A stretch of 64,000 bases of DNA from an uncultured virus (IMG/VR IMGVR_UViG_3300044719_000152) (Duplodnaviria; Heunggongvirae; Uroviricota; Caudoviricetes). The stretch lies in IMG/VR virus record IMGVR_UViG_3300044719_000152; one strand, written 5' to 3'. Within the stretch, counting starts at the first letter, position 1; the number at the start of each line of letters is the position of its first letter. Shown here piece after piece: positions 56,106 to 64,000 of this stretch. The translations under genes and the position numbers were made by a program. Below the pieces are notes generated by a model, which searched no databases, was not told the DNA's origin, and was given only the letters and a program-made list of their open reading frames with translations.

Positions 56106-57760
56106 GCTGTGCCCGTGTCAGGGCCCATGAGCTCGGGCTCGCCGATGATCGAGCTGATCAGCTCCTGCACCTGGCCCTCGTCGACGATGCCGGTCGAGGC
56201 CGCGGCCGAGAGGCCCTGCAACGCGACGGCGATCTCCGAGAGCAGGTGCACGCGGAACGGCAGGTCGTCGTCGTTGTCGCCGAACCACTCGTCGGTCTGG
56301 TCCTTGGTGTAGCCGGCCTCCTGGAACGCCTGCGCCGGCGGGACACCGGCGTCGAGCTTGGCCTGGACGGTCTGCCAGCCGGTGAGGTCGTCCACGCTGG
56401 CCGGGGACTTCCAGTGCACGGTGACCTTGGGGTCGGGGACGCCGGTGATGCGCAGGGCGAACTCGAAGATCTCCCGCCAGGTCGCGCCGAAGGACAGCTG
56501 GCGGTTCACGATCTTCTTGACGAACGGCCCCTCGGCGGTGCGCAGGGACTCGCCGGACGGGGCGTCGCCACTGGGGTCGAAGTAGTGGAACGGGGTGACG
56601 CACAGCTGGGCCATGGCCCGCAGGTAGACCTGGAGCGGGCCCATGAACGTCTCGGGGTTGGCCTCGGCGAACTGGCCGACCTCGGTGACGCCCTGCATGT
56701 ACCAGAGCGAGCCGGGGTCGCTGGTCAGTTGGGACTGCGGGTCGGATGGCCGGCTGGTGGCGCCGGTGTCGAGGGCGAAGCTGAACTCGTCCTCGTCGGA
56801 GTTGACGGCGTCGGCGGTGTCGGTGTCCGGCGCGGTGAGCGCGTACCGCTGGGGGAAGGCTTGGTAGTCGACGCCAGCCATGTGGCTGAGGATCAGCTTG
56901 TGGATCGCGTCCTGCGGGCCGAACGCGGACAGGTGCTCCGGCTTGCCGTACGGCCGGCTGGCCGCGCGGAAGTGAAAGACGGGGACCTCGTTGAACGGAT
57001 TTACGAGCGGCCACTCGTCACCCGGGTTGTCCCGGTACGGGTGCATGTCGCCGGCCTCGACGTTGGTGACGCCCTCCTTGGAGATGAACCGCTCGATCCG
57101 GTCCGGGTAGTACAGGTCGATGCGGACCTGCTGGGTGTTGTTCAAGATCCATTTCTTGACCGCGTACCGCTTCCGCAATGGGCGCTCGGGGTCGTAGAAG
57201 ACCCGGCAGCAGTGCGGGCTGTTGTAGAAGATGTCGACGTTGAGGAACCCGTCGGCGTCGGTGTCGAGCAACTGGGGCGAGCCGTCGCCCTCGAAGTCGT
57301 CGGCGCCGTCCGGGGCGGTGGGCCAGACGATGACGTAGGCGTCGCCGTACTCGCACGCCTTGAGCATGATGTGCGGGGCCTCGAGGTCGAGCTGGTTGTC
57401 CCGCCACATGTCCTCGATGCGGGCGTTGCTGTTCTCGTCGGTCGCGGAGACGGCGTTTATCTCCAGGCGGTCGACGACAGCGTCCACGGGGGTCTTGGCG
57501 AAGTTGAACCGGAACCCCACACCGGTGCGGGCCATGGCGCGGCGGAGCCGGATCGAGGCGAAGAACTCGGGGACGGTGCCCTCGTAGTAGTTCTCGGCGC
57601 GCTGGTAGAGCACCGCGGAGGTGGTGAGGGATTCGATCGCGTTCTGCAGGTCCGAGGGCGATGATGGGCGCCATACGCCGTAGGCAGAATCCGACATGAG
57701 GGTAGGGGTGGCCGCGACGCCCATGGTGGCCTGATCGGTCAACGCGAGGTTCTTGTCCAC
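56102..57760 (-). CDS. portal protein (SPP1 gp6-like)
   Basis: NYYEG, NFAKTPVDAVVDRL, AFPQRY, PSGESLR. Confidence 0.92.
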   Translation of the reverse strand: MDKNLALTDQATMGVAATPTLMSDSAYGVWRPSSPSDLQNAIESLTTSAVLYQRAENYYEGTVPEFFASIRLRRAMARTGVGFRFNFAKTPVDAVVDRLEINAVSATDENSNARIEDMWRDNQLDLEAPHIMLKACEYGDAYVIVWPTAPDGADDFEGDGSPQLLDTDADGFLNVDIFYNSPHCCRVFYDPERPLRKRYAVKKWILNNTQQVRIDLYYPDRIERFISKEGVTNVEAGDMHPYRDNPGDEWPLVNPFNEVPVFHFRAASRPYGKPEHLSAFGPQDAIHKLILSHMAGVDYQAFPQRYALTAPDTDTADAVNSDEDEFSFALDTGATSRPSDPQSQLTSDPGSLWYMQGVTEVGQFAEANPETFMGPLQVYLRAMAQLCVTPFHYFDPSGDAPSGESLRTAEGPFVKKIVNRQLSFGATWREIFEFALRITGVPDPKVTVHWKSPASVDDLTGWQTVQAKLDAGVPPAQAFQEAGYTKDQTDEWFGDNDDDLPFRVHLLSEIAVALQGLSAAASTGIVDEGQVQELISSIIGEPELMGPDTGTA

Positions 57761-57879
57761 GGGCGTCCTCCTGTGCGCGGATATGCACAGGGTAAACGCG
57801 CTGTGCGGCTATTCCGGTAACGGACCGCGACATTAGCAGTGTGTGAAAACAATGCTGTCGAGAATTGTTTGCGCACGAT

Positions 57880-59484
57880 TCAAGAGGCGATGTCATCGGC
57901 ATCGAACCCAGCCGGCGGCAGCACGGTGACCTTCGACTTCTTGCCCGGCTTGAGGAACATGTCGATGCCGGTGCCAATCGCATCCACCAGGTCGTCATGC
58001 GCGCCCTTGGGGAAGCCGACCATCTGCTCCTCGGCCTGCGTCAGCGGACGCTCGTGTACGACGTACGGCAGCCCGTCCGGCCGGCGGCGCTGGTACCAGT
58101 TCAGGGCGCGGGCGGCCCGGACCTCCTTGGCCTCGCCCTGGTGCACCGGTTTGATCGGCAGCGGGAGTCCCTTGAGGACGCTGTCCCGCCAGACTTGGCC
58201 GCCCTGGTTCGTCTCGACCACCACGCCGCGCGTCTCCGGGAACTCCTCCAGCACCTCCAGCACCCACTTGCGGAGCGGCTCGCCGGGCTGGACGCGCCGG
58301 GCGTGGGCGTAGCGGACGACGACCCGCCGGTGGTGCGCCGAGTAGGCAACGACGGCCAGCGCGGTGAAGTCGCTCTTGCCCTTGTCGGTGACCGCCGGGT
58401 CAATCGACAGCAGCTGGTGCGTGAGTGCAGGCACGGTGGCGTGGACGAAGTCCTCTTCGCGCCAGTACTCACCGTCCCGACCCATGGGGTCGTTGGCGTA
58501 GTTCTTCTTGTAGGCGCGGGTGTGCCGGATCGATTCGAGGTAGGCCAGTGGCCACTTCGCCGGCCACAGGCTCCGCTCGGCGCCAGTCTCGTCGTCGCGG
58601 ACGATCGCCGGGTAGTAGTGGACTCGCCAGTGCTCGTCGGCAATCCACGGCGGGTGTTCCTCGCCGGGCTTGGTGACGGTCTTGACCAAGTCGTGCACGA
58701 TGGAGCCCGGCATGGTGACGGTGCCGACCAGGACCACGCGGGCATAGACGTTGAGCGGCAGGATCGCGTCGAGCAGTGTGGAGAGCCGCTTCTCCTTGAG
58801 ATATGGCGAGTAGTTCGACTCGTCGGGCTCGACGTCGTCCAGCACGATCAGGTCTGGCCGCCGCTCAGCGACCTTCATGCCGAGGGCGGCGCCGTCGACA
58901 CCGCGGGCGGCGAACACGAACCCGGACTTGGTGATCAGCATGCCGCGGTTGTCGGACTCGGTGCTTCCGCGCGGCCGGCGGGCCGGCGTGCACAGCTGGG
59001 GGAAGTCCAGCGCCAGCAACGCGTTCTGGTCGAGCTCGCGCTTGAACGTCTGGAGGTGCAACTCGGCCTGCGTGGCGGAGTGTGCAAAGGCGGCGCAGAA
59101 CCGGCGGTGCCCATGCGCCGCGGACCAGAGGGGCAGCACGAGGAAGAACCAGGTGCTCTTACCGACGCCGCGGGGGCCGACGTAGGTATCCCGGTCCTCC
59201 GCCGGGTTGTCGGATGGGAGCGCCCACTTCTTCGCCTCGACGACGACGTCCAGGTGGAACTCGCTGAACGTGATGCGCTCGCCGGTCTCCTTACCCCGCA
59301 GGTGGTGCGGCAGATACAGCAAGGCGAACAAGAGCGGGTCGTACTTGGTGAGGAGCCGCCGGCACTCGGCGATCTCCAGCATCCGCGGGTCGAACTGCGC
59401 GAGGTACGCGTCCAGGTTGAAGCCGACCCCCGACGCCGGGTCTGCCGGGTCGGGGGTCGGCTCGTGATCCTGGACAGCGGTCAC
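57880..59484 (-). CDS. terminase large subunit
   Basis: GPRGVGKST, RPDLIVLDDVE, SIDPA...SDFTA, HDDLVDA. Confidence 0.92.
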   Translation of the reverse strand: MTAVQDHEPTPDPADPASGVGFNLDAYLAQFDPRMLEIAECRRLLTKYDPLLFALLYLPHHLRGKETGERITFSEFHLDVVVEAKKWALPSDNPAEDRDTYVGPRGVGKSTWFFLVLPLWSAAHGHRRFCAAFAHSATQAELHLQTFKRELDQNALLALDFPQLCTPARRPRGSTESDNRGMLITKSGFVFAARGVDGAALGMKVAERRPDLIVLDDVEPDESNYSPYLKEKRLSTLLDAILPLNVYARVVLVGTVTMPGSIVHDLVKTVTKPGEEHPPWIADEHWRVHYYPAIVRDDETGAERSLWPAKWPLAYLESIRHTRAYKKNYANDPMGRDGEYWREEDFVHATVPALTHQLLSIDPAVTDKGKSDFTALAVVAYSAHHRRVVVRYAHARRVQPGEPLRKWVLEVLEEFPETRGVVVETNQGGQVWRDSVLKGLPLPIKPVHQGEAKEVRAARALNWYQRRRPDGLPYVVHERPLTQAEEQMVGFPKGAHDDLVDAIGTGIDMFLKPGKKSKVTVLPPAGFDADDIAS

Positions 59485-59611
59485 ACCTGCTCCGGCGGTC
59501 GGTGAGCGTCACAGCACCCGTCGGCCGTGACCTGGCCAACGCACTCCTCGCTGTCGCGTTGGCACGGCAGGTATTCCTCGTCGGACACGAGCGGGCGGTC
59601 GAACCCGGGGC

Positions 59612-59917
59612 TCATGCCGGCCACGCCCAGTTGCCCGGCTGGTCGCCCTCGACGCGCGAGGTCGCCCAGTACTGGCCGTACCCGTCGAGTTGCACCATCA
59701 GGTTGGCCGTGGTGGTCGACGGGTCGAACACGGCGACGATCGTCGCTGGGTAGATCTGGCCGGCGTGGACCGAGTTGCGCTGGTAGATGTCGTACTCGCC
59801 GCCGTCGAGGCGGGTGCCCTTCCGGTGCTGCGGCGCGTGGGAGTCGATGAGGGCAAGGTCGCCCTCGCTGACCTTGTAGAGGACGTGCGCGCCGATGCTC
59901 GGCTTCTGGTCGGTCAT
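59612..59917 (-). CDS. hypothetical phage protein
   Basis: KPSIG..VLY...PATIV...NL.V.LDG...W.WP. Confidence 0.7.
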   Translation of the reverse strand: MTDQKPSIGAHVLYKVSEGDLALIDSHAPQHRKGTRLDGGEYDIYQRNSVHAGQIYPATIVAVFDPSTTTANLMVQLDGYGQYWATSRVEGDQPGNWAWPA

Positions 59918-59994
59918 GTCACTCTCCGTTCATCAGCATTTGCAAGTGCGAGTGTTTCGCCGGGGATCTCCGGCACTTGCGTCACGGTCAGTTG

Positions 59995-60705
59995 CTATCC
60001 AACCCACCGCCACGGCACCGGGTCTGGTCGGAGCGCCGCGTTCAGCGCGTCGTGGTGGACCACGACGGCCGTCCCAGGTGGTACGAGCGGGCTGTACCGG
60101 ATCGGCAGGTCGGGCATCGCGCCGACGGCGACGCGCGTCATCACGGCGGGACCGTCGGCCGCTCGGCAGTAGAGGGCGCGGCCGGTCAGCTCGGTCGGCT
60201 CATGCCGTGCCTGCTGCATGTGGGCAACGGCGACGCGCGCTGCGTCTGCGATGTGCCGCTCCAGCTCGCTCGCCGGCGCGACCGCCGCAGGCATGGCCAG
60301 CGGGGAGAAGTCGAGCACCTCGACGGGCTCCTCCTCGACGTTCCCCGCGGTGATCCGGTACGACCGCACCTCGGGCTCGTCGGCGCGGAGCGAGACGATG
60401 ACGTAGTGCGCGTCCGGTTCGGCGGCGTACCGCACATCCGGCGCGGACGGGTACGCCTCGGTGGCCGGGTGGGAGTGGTAGATGACCACCGGTTGCTCGC
60501 CGCGCCGGTCCATGTCGAGCCACACGGCGAGCTGCTCGCCGGGGTCCATCTCGTAGCGGCTGCGGGACTGGGCGGCGTTGCGCATGGGGACGTGCCGCTC
60601 GGCGAGCCCATCCCGGCCGGCGAGCACGCCGCACGCTTCGAGGGGTGCTTCGGCGCGGCAGTGGGCGACCATGGCGTCCAGGAGGTCACGGCGTAGGCGC
60701 AGCAC
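59995..60705 (-). CDS. Mov34/JAB (JAMM) metallopeptidase, Mec-like, with C-terminal extension
   Basis: EACGVLAG...IYHSHPATEAYPSAPD (E-x-HxH-x10-D); GGAGG RBS before GTG 60705. Confidence 0.9.
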   Translation of the reverse strand: MLRLRRDLLDAMVAHCRAEAPLEACGVLAGRDGLAERHVPMRNAAQSRSRYEMDPGEQLAVWLDMDRRGEQPVVIYHSHPATEAYPSAPDVRYAAEPDAHYVIVSLRADEPEVRSYRITAGNVEEEPVEVLDFSPLAMPAAVAPASELERHIADAARVAVAHMQQARHEPTELTGRALYCRAADGPAVMTRVAVGAMPDLPIRYSPLVPPGTAVVVHHDALNAALRPDPVPWRWVG

Positions 60706-60889
60706 TGGGTGCCTCCGGTTCATCCAGGGCGGCGCGCAGGCCGTCGATGATGTACTGCACGGAGCCCGACGCGCGGTGCTCCTCGTCGTGCTCCAGCGAC
60801 GTGATCGCCTCGCGGATCGCGGCGCCGAGCCGGTCGACGCGGCGGCCGAGGATCCGGGCCAGCGCGGTCGAGGTGGCCGAGGCGCTCAT
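60686..60889 (-). CDS. hypothetical protein
   Basis: coupled ORF. Confidence 0.55.
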   Translation of the reverse strand: MSASATSTALARILGRRVDRLGAAIREAITSLEHDEEHRASGSVQYIIDGLRAALDEPEAPSAAPTP

Positions 60890-61083
60890 GCCGGCTTCCC
60901 CTTGACCTCGACCCAGTCGACGGCGGTGAGGTTGATGAGGCGCTGGCCGGACGCGTCGTTGATGGTGAGGACGCCACCGAAGCCGAGGTCGTCGACCAAC
61001 GCGGTGAACTGCTTCAGCTCGTCGTCGGTGGGGCTGTAGGCGACGGTGTCGCCGTTGCGCATGTGCAGGACGATCGGGATCAC
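60886..61083 (-). CDS. hypothetical protein
   Basis: AAGGAG RBS. Confidence 0.6.
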   Translation of the reverse strand: MIPIVLHMRNGDTVAYSPTDDELKQFTALVDDLGFGGVLTINDASGQRLINLTAVDWVEVKGKPA

Positions 61084-61556
61084 GGCTGCTCCTTCGAAGC
61101 GGGCGGCCACTCGCTGGCCGGCACGAACTCGGCCGGCGGCGGCGCACCCGCGCGCCGATACCGCAGCGGCTCCCAGAACGGGCCCGGCAGCACGTGCACG
61201 CCGAGGTGCGTCCGGTGGTGCGTCGCGCACAGCGGCTCTAGGTTCCCCGGCCCCTCGATCCACGCCTGGAAATCGGCGTCGGACTCGAAGTGCAGGCCGA
61301 ACGCCGCGGCGACCTTGTCCGGGTCCATGTTGTTGACCTCGGAGAACTCGATGTGGCTGTGGTGCAGCTCGATCGGGCCGCCGCACAGGTCGTCGCCGAT
61401 GACGCACTTCCACAGGCCCTGCCGATGGAGCCGGGCCTTGGCCTGCATGAACAGGTGGTAGTGCGGGTCGGACTCGCGGGGTTGGTGCTCCGGGACGTGG
61501 GCGAGGATGTGCAGCGTTAGTCGCTGCTCGTGCGCCGGCGTCGGGTGGTCAACCAT
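61080..61556 (-). CDS. HNH-like nuclease near terminase
   Basis: C......C...IELHH...NLEPLCATHH. Confidence 0.65.
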   Translation of the reverse strand: MVDHPTPAHEQRLTLHILAHVPEHQPRESDPHYHLFMQAKARLHRQGLWKCVIGDDLCGGPIELHHSHIEFSEVNNMDPDKVAAAFGLHFESDADFQAWIEGPGNLEPLCATHHRTHLGVHVLPGPFWEPLRYRRAGAPPPAEFVPASEWPPASKEQP

Positions 61557-61848
61557 CAGTCGGCTCCTTCGGCTTGGCGTCCTTCAACTCCGCGTCCGCC
61601 CACCGGCCCCAGAACTCCGCCTGCGCCTGGGCTATCGCCATCTGGAAGTCGAGCTCGGCCGTGGCCGCCGCCTTCACGGCTTCCTCGATGGCCTGCACCG
61701 TCCGGCACGGCCACGTCTGCGGGTTCTCGCCAGCGCACTCCGCGCAGCTGCCGTACTCCTCGTGATGCAGCCGCAGCACCGCCGCCGCGACAGGGTTCGC
61801 ACTCGACACGCGGGCCAGTTCCACCACGCGGTCCCAGTCAGCTGCCAT
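61549..61848 (-). CDS. hypothetical protein (H...CxxC...WPC zinc-like)
   Basis: LRLHH...CAEC...WPCRT. Confidence 0.6.
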   Translation of the reverse strand: MAADWDRVVELARVSSANPVAAAVLRLHHEEYGSCAECAGENPQTWPCRTVQAIEEAVKAAATAELDFQMAIAQAQAEFWGRWADAELKDAKPKEPTDG

Positions 61849-62377
61849 CGACGCCGCCCTTCAACCGGGCCTCGGCCAGCGCGGCGTCGGCCTTGGCCTT
61901 GTTCACCATGTCGATCAGTTCGAGGTCCTGCTGCGTCGTCTCCGTCAGCGTCGCGTCGACCTTCAGCGCGCCCTCCGTGCCGTGGAGGCGCATCATGCGA
62001 CCCACCAACGACTCGGCCCGGCCGATCGCCGCGAGCGTCACGCCGGGGTCCTCCAGCGGTGCACCGTCCGGGCCACGCACGACGCGGCCGTCCGACACGA
62101 GCGGGTGCGGTGTGCGGATGATCTCGACGGCCCGGTTGAACAGCCGCTCCAGGCGGTCGTGCTGGACGCGGCGGTACTGCTCGCGAAGCGGGTCGACGGT
62201 CTCCCGGATCTCGCACTCCAGGCGCCGGCTGACGGTGGTCTTGGACAGGCCGGTGAGCTCGGCGATCTCGCGGAGGTTGTGGCCGGCGAGGTACAGCTCG
62301 TAGCAGATGCGTTGTTCTTCGGCGAAGTGTGCGTTGGTGTAGCGGGGCTTGCGGTAGGGCTGGATTCCCCCGGCCAT
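61838..62377 (-). CDS. probable terminase small subunit (HTH)
   Basis: LAGHNLREIAELTGLSKTTVSRRL; AGGAGG RBS; near start of the late operon. Confidence 0.7.
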   Translation of the reverse strand: MAGGIQPYRKPRYTNAHFAEEQRICYELYLAGHNLREIAELTGLSKTTVSRRLECEIRETVDPLREQYRRVQHDRLERLFNRAVEIIRTPHPLVSDGRVVRGPDGAPLEDPGVTLAAIGRAESLVGRMMRLHGTEGALKVDATLTETTQQDLELIDMVNKAKADAALAEARLKGGVDGS

Positions 62378-62412
62378 CGCGTTCCACCTCCTACGTTCCG
62401 TTTGCCGGCGTG

Positions 62413-62643
62413 CTATTTGTTACGTGTGAGTGCGGCCCGGATTCGCGCGGCGCGTGTCCTTGTGGTTCCGTGCCCGGCCTTGTTCTTGGGGAGTGAGCGG
62501 TAACCAGTCTTCTTTCCGCGCTCGGCGACGATCTGCTCGGCCCAGCGGTGCGCGAAGGGCTTCTTCGTGGCGAACATCCATCGCCACTGAGCTTGCGAGT
62601 GGGCTGGACCTGGCGATTTGCGGTGTCCGTGTTCCTTGGGCAT
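62413..62643 (-). CDS. small basic protein
   Basis: SQAQWRWMFA motif; GGAGG RBS. Confidence 0.6.
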   Translation of the reverse strand: MPKEHGHRKSPGPAHSQAQWRWMFATKKPFAHRWAEQIVAERGKKTGYRSLPKNKAGHGTTRTRAARIRAALTRNK

Positions 62644-62677
62644 TCACGCCTCCCCGTCGTTGTTTCCCTGGCCAGTA

Positions 62678-62926
62678 TCACCCGCCGAGGTGCATGAGGG
62701 CGTCGGCGTCCGCCGTGGACGGAGTGGGCGCGTCTGTGCTGGTGGCGGGCTGGAGGGCGACGAGTTCGAGATGCAGCGTGCCCGTGGGGAGTTGGGTGGC
62801 GCGGACCTGGTGGTTGTCGGGGAGGAATTCGTTGGGGCGGATGCTGGCGGTTCCTCCGGCGCGGGCGACGAGTACGCAGAGCACTGCCTGCGTGATGTCT
62901 TTGTCCGTGCTTTCAACTTCGCTCAC
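62678..62926 (-). CDS. hypothetical protein, first late gene
   Basis: AGGAG RBS. Confidence 0.55.
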   Translation of the reverse strand: MSEVESTDKDITQAVLCVLVARAGGTASIRPNEFLPDNHQVRATQLPTGTLHLELVALQPATSTDAPTPSTADADALMHLGG

Positions 62927-63115
62927 GGTGTGCTCCTAGCTATTCGCTGGGCGTTATCGCCATCGTGTTCGTGTTATCAAACCGTGGCGTGTCGGCGGGT
63001 CGGCGGCGTTTGTCTGTGGGTTAGCGTAGGCCGAGAGCCGTCGGCCGCCGCGACTGTTGACACCGTTTCGTTGTGCGTGGCACCGATTGTTTTTCACGCA
63101 CGAAAGGCGGTGCTG

Positions 63116-63355
63116 ATGGATCCGCAGAACGAACCGACGTACGTCACACCCAGGCAGTTGGCGGAGCGTCTTGGCGTCACCCCGCAGAACGTGCTCTACC
63201 ACGTGAGGCAGAAGCACATCGCGGCCGAGCGGCCCGGCGGACGGGACGTCCTGATCCCGGCGGCGGAGGCGGATCGGGTGGCGGCGATGTACCGGCCGCA
63301 CGCCCAGCGGATCTGGCAGGCGCGGCGACCGGAGCAGGAGGCGAAGAGTGCCTGA
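63116..63355 (+). CDS. HTH_17/excisionase-like DNA-binding protein
   Basis: YVTPRQLAERLGVTPQNVLYHVRQKHIAAER.GGRDVLIP. Confidence 0.75.
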   Translation: MDPQNEPTYVTPRQLAERLGVTPQNVLYHVRQKHIAAERPGGRDVLIPAAEADRVAAMYRPHAQRIWQARRPEQEAKSA

Positions 63356-63845
63356 CTGGTTTACGTCCGAGAACCTGGCACCGCAGGGGCCAGCACCGCA
63401 GAAGTACCTGCTGGAGTGGAAGAAGCTGGGGTTCTACCAGCCGCTGTCGCGCGATGTGGCCATCCCGCCCGGTGTCACGGGCGTTGAGCTGTCGGTCGAC
63501 GAGACGCTCGGCTTCTGCTCCGAGCAGATCCTGCTGAAGCTGAAGGCGTTCGTGCTGACGCATCCGCTGGCCGAGCACGAGGTGACGCGGACGAAGGCGG
63601 TCGAGTGGCCGGCGACGCCGTGGCAGCACTGGAAGCAGCGCCACAGCGAGTCGTGGTGGCTGCGGTGGCTCGTGCAGCGGTGGCCAGTGCGAATGCAGCA
63701 GCAGGTCGTGGATTTCCGGGAGGCTTGGCAGGAGATGGCCGCGTACCCATGGCAGGACCGTCTGCCGCGGCTGTCCGGCTTGGGCAGCCCGTCTCGGATG
63801 GTGGAGGTTCTGGCGGCCGAGTGGAACGTCGAGGACACGCCGTGA
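63348..63845 (+). CDS. hypothetical phage protein
   Basis: PATPWQHWK motif; GGAGG RBS. Confidence 0.65.
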   Translation: MPDWFTSENLAPQGPAPQKYLLEWKKLGFYQPLSRDVAIPPGVTGVELSVDETLGFCSEQILLKLKAFVLTHPLAEHEVTRTKAVEWPATPWQHWKQRHSESWWLRWLVQRWPVRMQQQVVDFREAWQEMAAYPWQDRLPRLSGLGSPSRMVEVLAAEWNVEDTP

Positions 63846-64000
63846 GCGCGACGATCGCGGCCCGGTTCATCGGCGGCCCGTACGACGGCCAGGTGGAGAA
63901 CGTCCCGGCCGACTACGACCGGGACAAGCTGATCGGCCTGGTGCCGGCGCTCCGCACGATCCGCCGGGCGCAGCCGCCTGAGTTCCGCCTGGTGCCCTCC
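63842..64000 (+). CDS. hypothetical protein, truncated by window edge
   Basis: RFIGGPYDG motif; GTGA coupling. Confidence 0.5.
   Translation, partial: MSATIAARFIGGPYDGQVENVPADYDRDKLIGLVPALRTIRRAQPPEFRLVPS

Larger units (their letters stand above)
203..64000. mobile_element. temperate siphovirus-type actinophage/prophage with an embedded TraB transfer module; boundaries not visible
   Basis: repressor switch, replication, head, tail and lysis modules all present; no host housekeeping genes seen. Confidence 0.9.

Noticed and set aside
40128..59505. long opposite-strand ORFs (e.g. 40128..42167, 55991..57664, 57865..59505 on +)
   Set aside because: Antisense shadows of high-GC3 structural genes; no motifs or RBS
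1..64000. integrase, att sites, tRNA or rRNA genes
   Set aside because: None recognised by eye; element boundaries probably lie outside the window, so prophage versus free phage or plasmid-phage cannot be decided

Overview
High-GC actinobacterial DNA (probably a mycelial actinomycete host; inference) that looks like most of one temperate, siphovirus-type phage or prophage. No integrase or att site is visible in the window. Left arm (~0.2-24 kb, mostly + strand): an XRE repressor/cro-like switch with a repeated promoter-operator, RecT-like and Cas4-like recombination genes, a DNA adenine methyltransferase, an HNH nuclease, a replication initiator with an internal iteron array, a DnaC-like loader, ~30 small coupled early genes, a WhiB1-like regulator, RusA, and a HIT + deoxyribosyltransferase-like pair. 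Right arm (~33.4-63 kb, - strand): a complete late operon (TerS, HNH, JAB peptidase, TerL, portal, minor head, scaffold, capsid, connectors, major tail, frameshifted tail chaperones, tape measure, minor tails, lysis cassette). The standout is the block between the arms (~24-32.6 kb): a Streptomyces-plasmid/AICE-type DNA transfer module with a TraB-like FtsK ATPase, a clt-like GGTCCAC repeat array directly downstream of it, Spd-like membrane proteins, a TraA-like protein and a GntR regulator. This suggests a virion-encoding element that may also spread by hyphal conjugation. Second standout: scaffold and capsid share an N-terminal leader ending in ALGG, there is no recognisable prohead protease, and a Mec-like JAMM peptidase (a family that cleaves after Gly-Gly) is encoded next to the terminase. 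All calls come from reading motifs by eye; no database searches were run.
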